Assembly (NCBI GenBank): GCA_016176465.1
Contig: JACOXD010000010.1
Span: 71,497 to 135,496 of the forward strand
Length of the DNA stretch: 64,000 nucleotides
Origin: Candidatus Daviesbacteria bacterium
GTDB lineage: Bacteria > Patescibacteriota > Microgenomatia > Daviesbacterales > UBA10151
Direction of reading: 5' to 3'
The notes beneath the pieces are model-generated. The model was given only the letters and a program-made list of their open reading frames with translations, did no database searches and was not told the DNA's origin. This document shows positions 19,917 through 30,200 of this stretch, in pieces. The position numbers and the translations under genes are program-made. How positions within the stretch are numbered: position 1 is the stretch's first letter; the number at the start of each line of letters is the position of its first letter.

Positions 19917-22532
19917 TCAAGTAACCAGATTGCTTCTTAAATTAGTTGGTTTAGCTACTAAAAACTTCATTAATAAAAGTAAAATTGCCCCAATACCTAA
20001 TATGAGAACCCAATCTCCTAAGTGCAGTGGCTGGATTTTAAAAAGTACCTGAAGTGAAGTTCCCAGAATAGATATTGGTAAGTAAAGTAGTAATAGTTGT
20101 AAAAGTAGAGAAGTTGCGATAGCTAGATTTAAAAACCTGTTGGAAAAAAGAGTTAAATTATATTGAGAGCGCAGGACAATAATAACTAACATCTCATATA
20201 AAACTATGGCAGTAAAGGTAAGAGTTTGAGCGTGAATTAGTGATTCTTTAGAAAATCCAAAAATTCCGAGAACCGCTACGCTCATCATCCCGCTTAGGAA
20301 AATTAGTAACCTCAGAAATTTTTTATTAATAATCTCTTCTCTGAATTGTTTAGGTGGAGAGAGCATGATATCTCCTCTAGCTTTATCAACTCCTAATGCA
20401 ACAGCTGGTAAACCATCAGTAACTAAATTTATCCAAAGCAAGTGAATTGGCAAAAGGGGTAGTGGCCATCCTAAAATTACAGCTACAAAAATTACCGTCA
20501 CTTCCATTGCGTTGGATGAAAGTAAGTAAGTTACAAATTTCCTAATATTTTCATAGATGCTTCTACCTTCCCTAACAGCAGCCACAATAGTATTAAAATG
20601 GTCGTCAAGTAAAATCATATCTGATGCATCTTTTGTCACATCAGTCCCGGTAATACCCATTGATACCCCAATATCAGCAGCTTTGAGTGCCGGGGCATCA
20701 TTAACTCCATCACCGGTCATGGCAACCTGATGACCATGAGATTTTAAGGCCTTGACGATCTTAATTTTATCTTCCGGATTAACTCTAGCGTAAATGGATA
20801 TATCCTCTACTATCTCTTGAAACTCACTATCACTTAAAGACGCTAATTCCTTTCCGGTAATACTTTTTCCTTCAATCCCAATCTCTTTCGCTATGGCTTG
20901 GGCTGTCAGTAAGTGATCTCCGGTAATCATTACTATTTTTATTCCAGCCTTTTTTTGGCAAACTTCAATAGCTTGTTTGACTCCTTCCCTGGGAGGATCA
21001 ATTAACCCCTGTATTCCTAAAAAGACCAAATCGCCTTCCAGCTCCTTTTCCTGGGGTAAATTTTTTACTTGCTTATAGGCAAAGCCCAATACTCGCAGTG
21101 CCTGACTGGCCATTTGATCATTGACCTGAATAATTTTTTGCTTTTTTTCTTCGCTTAAAGGTTCAATTTTGCCGTTCATTTCTATTTTTGAGCACTTATT
21201 TAAAATGACCTCGGGTGCGCCTTTGCTGGTAACTAAATATTCATTTTCCAACTTAGAAACTGTTGTCATCATCTTTCGATTTGAGCTAAAGGGTACTTCT
21301 TGTACTCGAGGATATTTTTTGATCAATTCTGTTTGATCAAGACCGAAATCTAATAGCGCCGAGATAAGTGCTGCCTCCGTACTATCTCCAATTATTTTTT
21401 CATTACTTTTTCTGGCATTGGATGAAAGAAAAGCATAAGTAAAGATTTTTCCAAGTATTGGATTTTTTTCGTTTTCGCCGTAAGAATAGAATCTATCGTT
21501 TAAATAGATCTTTCTTACCTGCATAGTTCCTTCTGTTAAAGACCCGGTTTTATCAGCACAAATAATATCGGTTGAACCTAAAGTTTCCGCTGCCGGTAGA
21601 TTTCTAAGTAGTGCTTTTTGTTTAACTAATCGCCTAGTGGCTAAGGCTAAAGAGATAGTTACAACAGCGGGTAGTCCCTCGGGAATAGCAGCTACTGCTA
21701 GGGCAACTGAGGAGATAGTAGCCTCAATTAATTGTTGCTCACCAAAAATAATCTCCTCCAGCCCAACCAATATGGCAATAACTAAAATTATTTTGCCAAT
21801 AAAACCTCCCAAGCGGTTGAGTTTTTTTTGCATTGGAGTCGCAGAATCAACTTGAGTTGTTACTAAATGGGCGATTTTACCTAACTCTGTTTCCATTCCT
21901 GTTGATACAACTACCCCCAATCCCTTTCCACTACTGATTATTGTTCCCAAAAAAAGCATGTTTTTTTGATCAGCAATAGGTAAGTTGTTGGATAAAGGTT
22001 CAACTTTTTTGTCAACTGGGGTTGACTCACCGGTCAGTGTAGCCTCAATAGTGTATAAATTTATTTGTGAAGTTATCCTTAAATCAGCTGGGACTTTTTG
22101 GCCCTCATTAATAACCACTAAATCTCCAGGTACTAACTCTTTGGAAGGGATTTGAATTAAATTGCCACTACGAAAAATAAAAGAGTTAGCTGCTGAAAGT
22201 TTTTTAAGATGTTCAATTTCTTTTTCTACTTTATATTCTTGAAAAAATCCGACCAAAGCATTAATAATGACTATAGCTATGATCATTACCGCATCAACAA
22301 TTTCCCCTAGAAAAATTGAAGCGAGGGAGGCCAAGAGTAAAATAATTACTAAAAAGTTGCTAAATTGAGCAAAAAGAATTAATAAGAAGTTTTTCCCTTT
22401 TTTTTCTTTTAAAATGTTTAAACCAAATTTATTCAGCCTGTGTTTAGCTTCTTCATCAGTAAGCCCTTTTTGTAAATCGGTTTGTAATAAAGAGGCAACT
22501 TTCTGGATAGGTAGAGTGTAAATTTTTTCCAC
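19917..22532 (-). CDS. P-type IIA (Ca2+-type) cation-transporting ATPase
   Basis: TGES, AIPEGLP, DKTGSLT, KGAPE, MITGD, GDGVND and NLVTDG motifs. Confidence 0.93.
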   Translation of the reverse strand: MEKIYTLPIQKVASLLQTDLQKGLTDEEAKHRLNKFGLNILKEKKGKNFLLILFAQFSNFLVIILLLASLASIFLGEIVDAVMIIAIVIINALVGFFQEYKVEKEIEHLKKLSAANSFIFRSGNLIQIPSKELVPGDLVVINEGQKVPADLRITSQINLYTIEATLTGESTPVDKKVEPLSNNLPIADQKNMLFLGTIISSGKGLGVVVSTGMETELGKIAHLVTTQVDSATPMQKKLNRLGGFIGKIILVIAILVGLEEIIFGEQQLIEATISSVALAVAAIPEGLPAVVTISLALATRRLVKQKALLRNLPAAETLGSTDIICADKTGSLTEGTMQVRKIYLNDRFYSYGENEKNPILGKIFTYAFLSSNARKSNEKIIGDSTEAALISALLDFGLDQTELIKKYPRVQEVPFSSNRKMMTTVSKLENEYLVTSKGAPEVILNKCSKIEMNGKIEPLSEEKKQKIIQVNDQMASQALRVLGFAYKQVKNLPQEKELEGDLVFLGIQGLIDPPREGVKQAIEVCQKKAGIKIVMITGDHLLTAQAIAKEIGIEGKSITGKELASLSDSEFQEIVEDISIYARVNPEDKIKIVKALKSHGHQVAMTGDGVNDAPALKAADIGVSMGITGTDVTKDASDMILLDDHFNTIVAAVREGRSIYENIRKFVTYLLSSNAMEVTVIFVAVILGWPLPLLPIHLLWINLVTDGLPAVALGVDKARGDIMLSPPKQFREEIINKKFLRLLIFLSGMMSVAVLGIFGFSKESLIHAQTLTFTAIVLYEMLVIIVLRSQYNLTLFSNRFLNLAIATSLLLQLLLLYLPISILGTSLQVLFKIQPLHLGDWVLILGIGAILLLLMKFLVAKPTNLRSNLVT

Positions 22533-22574
22533 TATATTTTGATTGTAGTATATAAGTAATGATAAAGTAGAAGT

Positions 22575-23348
22575 ATGGGGTTAGTTACTGAAGTTTTGGC
22601 TCATGGAGTTGAAGAAGCTGCAACTTTAGCTTCTCCGGCTTTGGATCAGGTTATCCGTGCCAATTCTATTCAGTACTCTTTAATCTCCCTGGCAGTTGTT
22701 TTTATATTAGTAATTCTGTCTGTGCTGTTTAAGGAAAGACAGGAAAAATTCAAGTTTTTATTGTTTGGAGGTTTTGTTTTAGTGATAGTATTAAATACTG
22801 TCTATTTGGTTAGCTCCACTATCTATCTGAACAGTCAATCAATCACTGGCGGGCCTGTCCATTACCATGCTGATTTTGAAATTTATAATTGTGGGCAAAA
22901 AGTAGAGGTGAAAAATCCTGAAGGTTTATCTAATAAAGTTGGTACAGAAGTGGTGCATGAACATAATGACAACAGGATTCATATTGAAGGGGTGATTTTG
23001 AATAAGCATGATGCCAGCATTGGGCATTTTCTTGAGGCTTTAGGGGGAGAGCTGCGCCAAGACCGTATGTCCATACCTGCGGAAGATGGTTTACTGGAGC
23101 TGGAAAACGGCCAAATGTGTCATGATCAAGCCGGTATCTTGCAAGTTTTTGTTTATCGTACAGAGAGCGGCTCTTTTTATCAGCGAAAATTGACTGGTAA
23201 CCCCCAGGATTATGTTATTTCGCCTTTTGGTCAAGTTCCGCCAGGGGACTGCATCATTATAGAGTTTGATAAACCAAAAGACAAAACAGATAAATTATGT
23301 ATCTTTTATAAAGTAGCCAAAGAGAAAGGAGAAATTCGTGTTCGCTGA
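22575..23348 (+). CDS. Hypothetical membrane-anchored His/Cys-motif protein
   Basis: Two TM segments, then HYHAD and HEHNDNRIHIE motifs. Confidence 0.65.
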   Translation: MGLVTEVLAHGVEEAATLASPALDQVIRANSIQYSLISLAVVFILVILSVLFKERQEKFKFLLFGGFVLVIVLNTVYLVSSTIYLNSQSITGGPVHYHADFEIYNCGQKVEVKNPEGLSNKVGTEVVHEHNDNRIHIEGVILNKHDASIGHFLEALGGELRQDRMSIPAEDGLLELENGQMCHDQAGILQVFVYRTESGSFYQRKLTGNPQDYVISPFGQVPPGDCIIIEFDKPKDKTDKLCIFYKVAKEKGEIRVR

Positions 23349-24048
23349 TTTGCATCTGCCAACTTTAGGATTAGTTTTAGGTTCTGCTGCCATTGATTCC
23401 ATTAACCCTTGTGCCATTGGAGTTTTAATTCTAATGATCTCAGTGATATTAGGAAATAATAAATCAGTTGGCCAAATGTTACTCTTGGGAGGCTTCTATA
23501 TTTTGGCTATTTTTACTACCTATTTACTGGCAGGGTTGGGGCTTTTATATTTTTTGGTTGCAATCCCCCTTTTCGTGACAGAATATATTTCCATTACTGT
23601 TGGGATAATTATAGTTTTGCTTGGATTGGTAGAGATTAAAGATTATTTTTGGTATGGAAGAGGATTTTCCTTAGGCATCCCCCTTGTATTTACAGATAAA
23701 ATTCACAAAATGGCTCAAAATGTCTCTGTGCCAGGGGTAATTTTAACAGGAGTTTTTGTGGCCGGAGTAGAGCTGCCTTGTACTGGAGCACCCTATTTAG
23801 CCATCATCACTATTTTATCCACTAACTTTAATACAGCTGCTTTTTTGATGCTGATTTTATATAACATAGTTTTTGTTCTGCCTTTAGTTTTAATCTTAAT
23901 TTTGGTAGCAGGTGGGATCCAGCTGCCGGCAGTCAAGGCTTGGAAACAGGAAACCAGAGGATTAATGAGATTGGCTATTGGATTATTACTGATAGGTCTT
24001 GGATGGTTGTTGATACTGATTGCAAATGGTACCATTAATTTCGGATGA
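23338..24048 (+). CDS. CcdA/DsbD-like transmembrane redox protein
   Basis: DSINPCA and ELPCTG paired Cys motifs; six TM segments. Confidence 0.85.
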   Translation: MFADLHLPTLGLVLGSAAIDSINPCAIGVLILMISVILGNNKSVGQMLLLGGFYILAIFTTYLLAGLGLLYFLVAIPLFVTEYISITVGIIIVLLGLVEIKDYFWYGRGFSLGIPLVFTDKIHKMAQNVSVPGVILTGVFVAGVELPCTGAPYLAIITILSTNFNTAAFLMLILYNIVFVLPLVLILILVAGGIQLPAVKAWKQETRGLMRLAIGLLLIGLGWLLILIANGTINFG

Positions 24049-24314
24049 TTCATATTGTAAAAAGAAGAAGACACAAAGAAGATTTTGATGAAAGAAAAAT
24101 TTATGCTTCTGTTTATAGTGCTTGTCTGAGTTCTCATTTAAGCAAAGAGGAGGCAGAAAAAATTGCAGGAGAAATTAGTGAGAAAGTAAAAAACTGGGTT
24201 AGTACTGAAAAGGAAGTGACCAGCAATCAAATTTTTATTAAAGTTGGAGAGGAACTAGAAAAAATCAATAAACCTGCAGGATTTATGTATTCAACTCATA
24301 GAGATATCTCCTAA
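24045..24314 (+). CDS. Stand-alone ATP-cone protein
   Basis: IVKR...E.FD..KI and the S..I...V...L pattern. Confidence 0.8.
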   Translation: MIHIVKRRRHKEDFDERKIYASVYSACLSSHLSKEEAEKIAGEISEKVKNWVSTEKEVTSNQIFIKVGEELEKINKPAGFMYSTHRDIS

Positions 24315-24455
24315 TTTAATTTTTTAGGGTGACAAAAAAATCTGCAATAGCAGAAAACTTATTCAGTTTGGATTAATTCATTAAATGAACTCCCGATGTA
24401 GGTGTAGGAGTATGTGGGATCAAAAGAGGTATCTACTCCTTCCTCTAGGAACTTG

Positions 24456-24500
24456 AAAATATCCGCAGGTTTCCACACAAACAACCCCGGGGGTTACCAT
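24456..24500. repeat. Solo RAYT2-type 45-bp unit
   Basis: AAAATATCCGCAGGTTTCCACACAAACAACCCCGGGGGTTACCAT; 44/45 identical to 32360-32404. Confidence 0.9.
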
Positions 24501-24617
24501 TATTATTAGCGGAAATTCCTAAGGATTCTTCGTTCGGATAACCTAATTCAGCTGCATAAACTTCAATACCTCTTCCTGTTTCTCCTACTGGTCAATACAA
24601 GATTTTCTTCTCTATTT

Positions 24618-25316
24618 TTAATGAACCAATACTCTTGTGCCTGGGTTTTCAGGAATAGCCCTGGCTACATTTTCTCCTGCAGGGACAGTGGGGCCTGCCC
24701 AATCAAAAAGTGCACCAATTTTATCTAGGGGTGAGTTAACACAACCATGGCTCATGGGTTGACCAAAGTTATTGTGCCAATATGCGCCGTGGATAGCATA
24801 ACCTTTGTAAAAAAACATATTATGAGGAACGTTTGGCAAATAATAGTAGGTTCCGAGCTCTTTTGATCCTCCGCTCATCACTTGGTTTCTGGTTTTATAC
24901 CAGATATTAAAAGTACCCTTAGGAGTAGGGGCCCACTTACCTGAGGAGATTGGAAATTCCATAATCTGTTTATTGCCTTCCCAAGCTCTTAGCATCTGTT
25001 CATCCAAAGACACTTCAATCCATTTTTCTTCACCAGCTGCATTCGTTGTGCCTAAAACCGTTGATGAATTATTATTAAAATTGCCTTGGGCAAGGGATGT
25101 TTTGGGATAATTTATAAATTCGCCGTTAAAAATTGCTACCTCTGCTTCATCATCAAATTCACCGCTAGTTGAAGTTACCTCTTCTTCATTACAACAAGAT
25201 GTTGTAGTATCACCTGAAATTCCTAGTCTGTAAGCCAGCTCTCTTCTCAGGGGTAAATAGGCAATAGTAAAGGCAAATAGCACAATAACAACCAAAATGG
25301 GCAGGAATTTATACAT
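24618..25316 (-). CDS. L,D-transpeptidase (YkuD family)
   Basis: ISSG...TPKG and AIHG.YWH....SHGC motifs. Confidence 0.92.
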   Translation of the reverse strand: MYKFLPILVVIVLFAFTIAYLPLRRELAYRLGISGDTTTSCCNEEEVTSTSGEFDDEAEVAIFNGEFINYPKTSLAQGNFNNNSSTVLGTTNAAGEEKWIEVSLDEQMLRAWEGNKQIMEFPISSGKWAPTPKGTFNIWYKTRNQVMSGGSKELGTYYYLPNVPHNMFFYKGYAIHGAYWHNNFGQPMSHGCVNSPLDKIGALFDWAGPTVPAGENVARAIPENPGTRVLVH

Positions 25317-25362
25317 AAATCATTGTTATATGTGCTAGGATAATAAGTCAAGGGGGAGGGGT

Positions 25363-26289
25363 ATGGGAAAAATTCTTCAAGCAGTAATCTTATGCTTGGG
25401 AGCTATAGTAATAACTTTGTTTTTGCTTATTATCCAAGGACAAAGAGGGGAATCATTAATTTCTCCGGTATTGGGGCAATCCAGGCTCAAGTTAGCAGAT
25501 AATATCTGGTATCCTAAAGAAGCTCCTAAATCTTTTCCTGATGCACCAGAAATTAGTGCAAAAGTAGCTTTTTTTATAGAAATGAATTCGGGGAAAGTAC
25601 TGTTTGCTAAAAATTACAAGGAAAAAACCTCGATTGCTTCTTTAGTAAAAATTATGACTGCAATTGTTGCATTAGAAAACAGAAATTGGGACGAATTATT
25701 AAAAGTCTCATCGTATGCTGCAGAGGCGGAGCCAGATAAAATGTATCTTCAAAAAGAAGAAAGGCTCACAGTGGAGGATTTACTCAAAGGAATTTTTTTA
25801 GTTTCTGCCAATGACGCTGCGGAAGTTTTGGCAGAAGGAGTAACAGGCAGAAGAGAGGAATTTATCAACTTAATGAACTCTAAAGCTAAGCAATTAGGTA
25901 TGTATGATACCAACTTTGTAAATTCAACGGGCTTAGAAGAAGATTTTAACCCTCAGCTTTCCAGCGCGTATGACGTTGCTATTATGTCCCGTTATGCAAT
26001 TAAAAAATGGCCTAAATTAATAGAAATTTCCTCCAAACCTGAAATTTACATTCCTTCAGATTTAACTCATCAAGAATATTATCTTATCTCAGGTATTAAT
26101 CTATTAACTACTTATCCTGGAGTAGTGGGATTTAAAACTGGGTTTACTCAGCAGGCTGGTTTAACCCTAGTAACTGTAGCAAAAAAAGAGGATAAAGAAG
26201 TAATGGGAGTATTACTTAGTGCAGTTAATAGAAGAGATGATGCTAAATTATTACTTGATTATTCTTTTAAAAAATTAGGAGTTAAATAG
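25363..26289 (+). CDS. D-alanyl-D-alanine carboxypeptidase (S11)
   Basis: SLVK, SAN and KTG catalytic motifs. Confidence 0.93.
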   Translation: MGKILQAVILCLGAIVITLFLLIIQGQRGESLISPVLGQSRLKLADNIWYPKEAPKSFPDAPEISAKVAFFIEMNSGKVLFAKNYKEKTSIASLVKIMTAIVALENRNWDELLKVSSYAAEAEPDKMYLQKEERLTVEDLLKGIFLVSANDAAEVLAEGVTGRREEFINLMNSKAKQLGMYDTNFVNSTGLEEDFNPQLSSAYDVAIMSRYAIKKWPKLIEISSKPEIYIPSDLTHQEYYLISGINLLTTYPGVVGFKTGFTQQAGLTLVTVAKKEDKEVMGVLLSAVNRRDDAKLLLDYSFKKLGVK

Positions 26290-26456
26290 TAATTTACCTT
26301 TTTATCCGTAGGAAAGCTCTGCTTATCCGTAGGAAAGCTCTGCTTACCATCGTCAGATGGAAAGCTCTGCTTATTTTCAGCTGAAGCAGATTTAACAATT
26401 GCGAAAGTGAGTATTGCAGCGAAAATTAGAAGCAAAAGGACTGCTTGCAACTTCAT
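26259..26456 (-). CDS. Small protein with a signal peptide and three KQSFP repeats (possibly a remnant)
   Basis: Hydrophobic N-terminus with an ASA-E cleavage-like site; mature part is mostly repeat-derived. Confidence 0.4.
   Translation of the reverse strand: MKLQAVLLLLIFAAILTFAIVKSASAENKQSFPSDDGKQSFPTDKQSFPTDKKVNYYLTPNFLKE
26302..26373 (-). repeat. KQSF-family array, units of 27+21+21 nt
   Basis: Minus strand: TAAGCAGAGCTT-TCCATCTGACGATGG, then TAAGCAGAGCTT-TCCTACGGA x2, then TAA. Confidence 0.92.
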
Positions 26457-26638
26457 CGGTAAAGATAATGATATTAAATCCCTCAGGTTTTGTCAAATTT
26501 AGACTACTATAACAAGCCAAATTGCTTACTTGTTTTTGGGTTTTATTTGGCTTATTATCATAATTACAGTTGAAAGGTTGTACTGGTTTTTTGCTTCCGT
26601 TAGCTTGGGTAAAATTTAAGTTTGTCGCAAAAAACCAA

Positions 26639-26654
26639 AACACTATATATTGTA
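26639..26654. promoter_or_regulatory. NrdR box
   Basis: AACACTATATATTGTA matches the acaCwAtATaTwGtg consensus upstream of nrdR-nrdJ; TTGACA at 26657. Confidence 0.7.
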
Positions 26655-26740
26655 TATTGACAGTTTATCTAGACAATATGATATGTTAGATATGTTGAAG
26701 AGATTTAGGTTAGTTATACAACAGGTTGTGGTAGTGAATT

Positions 26741-27184
26741 ATGAATTGTCCTTTTTGCAGGAGTCTTTTAAATAAAGTTGTGGATAAAAGAGCAGTAGCG
26801 GGGACGGGTGAGATCCGCCGCCGGCGAGAATGCTTAAAATGTCATCAACGTTTTTCTACTTACGAAAAATTGGCCAAACTTGAGATTATGGTAATTAAAA
26901 GGGATGGTCGAAAACAAATTTTTGATAAATTAAAACTGCAAATGGGAATTTCCAAAGCTTTAGAAAAGCGACCAGCTTTAGATCAAGTTGAAATAATAGC
27001 GGATCGGATTGAAGCTAAGATGAGAAAAGAAGGATTAAAAGAAGTAACCTCTAAGGTAATAGGTAGAACGGTCTTGGGAGAACTTAAGAAATTGGATAAG
27101 GTCGCTTACTTGCGGTTTGCCAGTGTTTACAGGCAGTTTAATAAACCAAGTGATTTTGCCAAAGAATTAACTAGTTTGTCTTAA
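26741..27184 (+). CDS. nrdR: Transcriptional repressor NrdR
   Basis: CPFC...RRRREC..C..RFSTYE zinc ribbon, ATP cone and AYLRFASVY. Confidence 0.97.
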   Translation: MNCPFCRSLLNKVVDKRAVAGTGEIRRRRECLKCHQRFSTYEKLAKLEIMVIKRDGRKQIFDKLKLQMGISKALEKRPALDQVEIIADRIEAKMRKEGLKEVTSKVIGRTVLGELKKLDKVAYLRFASVYRQFNKPSDFAKELTSLS

Positions 27185-27205
27185 GTTGAAAAGATAAGCG
27201 GTAGC

Positions 27206-30200
27206 TTGATTTCTAAAATTAAAATGAAAAAGATAAATAAATCAATTAATTTACAAATTATGCCTACATCTTCTCCAAAGAGAAGGACCAATGGTTTAAG
27301 AAACAGTCAAGTTAAAGATGGATTATTAAAAGATGTAAATTCCCGCACCTTTGAAACCAGATTAACCCCCCGCTACACAAAGATGCCACCTCTTCCTACT
27401 AACTCATCCCAACCTTCTTTTTCTGAGTCTAGCGAGAAAATATTAAAAGAGCGTTATTTACTAAAGGGGGGTAATTTAGAAACAGTTGAGACCATTGCTG
27501 AGAGATTTTGGCATGTAGCTTATGATGTTGCCTCAGCTGATTTTGATTTTGGGGCAACTAAAAAACAAGTTTTAAATAAAGCGCTGGATTTTTACAAAAT
27601 GATGGTGCAGCAGGAGTTTCTGCCCAACTCCCCTACCATTATGAATGCAGGCAAGCAAAACGGTTTGCAGTATTCTGCCTGCTTTGTCTTACCGGTGGAA
27701 GATGACTTGGGAGGAATTTTTGACTCCATCAAATATGCAGCATTAATTCACCAAACAGGAGGAGGTACTGGTTTTGCATTTTCGCGACTTCGACCAAATG
27801 GCTCTAGGGTTAAAACTACGGGTGGAGTAGCTTCAGGCCCGGTCTCTTTTCTTCGAGTTTTTAATGCAGCTACTGAATCTATTAAACAAGGCGGTACAAG
27901 ACGAGGAGCCAACATGGGAATTTTGCGAATTGATCATCCGGATGTATTAGAATTTATTAGATCTAAATCCGATTTGGATGAAAATAATGCCCCTGTTTAT
28001 GAAGAAATCTCCCAATTTTTGCCTGAGGATAGTATTAGAGCACACTTTAAAAGGTTATTATTAGATCGTCAGATCTCTAATTTTAATATCTCCTGTGCAG
28101 TTACAGATAAGTTCATGGACGCTTATGCAAAAGGTGAAGATTATGATCTAATCGATCCTCATAATGGTGAAGCGGTAGGTAAACTAAATGCCAAAGCAGT
28201 TTTTGATGAGATTATTGATCGGGCATGGGATTGTGCTGATCCAGGTTTGATTTTTATTGATAGAATTAATAACTCTCCTGCTAATCCTATGAAAGGAGTG
28301 GAGGAAATTGAATCAACAAACCCGTGCGTTACAGGGAAGACATGGGTTCATACAAGCGAAGGCCCCAAACAGGTACATGACTTGATCGGTAAACCGTTTT
28401 TGGCAAGAGTGAATGGCACTGATCATCTTTCTAGCTTGGAAGGATTTTTCAAAACTGGAAATAAAAACCTACTGAAACTTCAAACTATCGAGGGATACAG
28501 TCTACAGTTAACTGCGGATCATTTAGTTAGAAAAGTTAATGTCGATACTAAAAGGATGGAATGGATCAAAGCAGGAGAACTAAAGAGTGGAGACTATATT
28601 GAGATTAATAATCACAGGATAAACACCGCCTGGTCAGGTAAATATACTAATCAAGAAGGATATCTAATAGGGTTATTAGTTGGAGATGGAACATTAAAAT
28701 CCGATAAAGCTGTTCTGTCAGTTTGGGGTGGACATAACCTTCCTAATTTAATCCCCATTGCTGGTGTTCAAAGTGTAATGCAGGTTGCTTTGGATAGTTC
28801 GTACACCCTTCCTCATCGAAGTGATTTTTTGGGGTGGATGGCTCTACCTTCTCGTAATGAACATAGGTTAGCATTAGGCCATATAAAGAATTTAGCACTT
28901 GAATTAGGAATGTTACCTGGAAAAAAAACTATAACTGAAGGAGTAGAAAAAGCATCTAGTGATTTTTATAAAGGTTTCTTAAGAGGATTGTTTGACGCTG
29001 ATGGTTCAGTTCAAGGTTATGAGGGAGGACGTACCTCTGTCAGACTTGCTCAATCTAATCTATCATTTCTTGAAGCAGTTCAAAGGATGTTACTTCGTCT
29101 AGGGATTTTTTCACATATTTACAAAAATAGACGAAAGGCTGGTAAAAAACTTCTACCTGATGGAAAAGGTGGATATAAAGATTACACAATTAAAGCTCAG
29201 CATGAGCTATCAATAACCAAAGATAATATTTTAGTATTTGATGAATTAATTGGCTTTTCTAATAGTAAAAAGGCAAAGAAGCTATCACAAAAAATAATAG
29301 CTCATAATAAGAGAAATTTTTATAAACAAGAATTTATAGCGAGGGTAGAAAGTATTAATTTTGAAGCTAAAAAAGAAGTTTACGATGTAAAAATCCCTGG
29401 AATAAACTACTATGACTCTAATGGAATTATATCCCATAATTGTGGGGAGCAACCTTTAGCGCCCTGGGATGCTTGCAATTTAGGCTCAATTAATTTAGGA
29501 AAATTTGTTAAAGATGGACAAATAGATTGGGAAGGGTTAAGAAAAGTTACTCATCAAGCAGTTGAGTTTTTAGATGATGTGGTTCAAACCAATCCTTACA
29601 CTCTCCCTCAAATTTATGATGAGGTTCATAGTAATAGAAGAATTGGTTTGGGAGTAATGGGTTGGGCTGATATGTTATTTAAAATGAAGGTGGTATATGA
29701 CAGTGAGGAGGCTTTAGAGTTGGGTGAGAAAGTGATGAAATTTATTAATGAAGAAGGACACAATAAGTCTTTAGAGTTGGCAAAGAAGCGTGGTCCTTTC
29801 CCAAATTGGCCAAGATCCATTTATTCAGACACCGCTGATGGATCCTCATTTAAGAGTAGGCCAAAATCTTCCGCTTTTAAAACAAATCAGCCTTTAAGGA
29901 ATTCAACAGTTACAACCATTGCTCCAACTGGGACTATCTCCATCATTGGTGATTGTTCCTCAGGAATTGAGCCTGTTTTTGCGCTAGCTTATATCCACCG
30001 GGCTAAAGGCGATGGTGGAAAAACTGGTAATGAGATGAGATATTTAACTATTGCCAATAAAACCTTCACCGAGATTGCTAAAAATGAGGGATTTCACTCT
30101 GAGGATTTAGCTTCTAAAGTAATGGATCATGGAAGCGTTTCCGGGATTGAGGAAGTACCGACGGATTGGCAAAAAGTTTTTATAACTGCCCCGGAAATTT

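Noticed and set aside
26302-26373. KQSF arrays as a mini-CRISPR
   Set aside because: The 12-nt core and 9-15-nt, mostly identical spacers are far too short, lie in coding frames, and no cas genes are present.
26650-27205. Cobalamin riboswitch upstream of nrdJ or cobO
   Set aside because: The intergenic regions are short and AT-rich, with no B12-box-like sequence.
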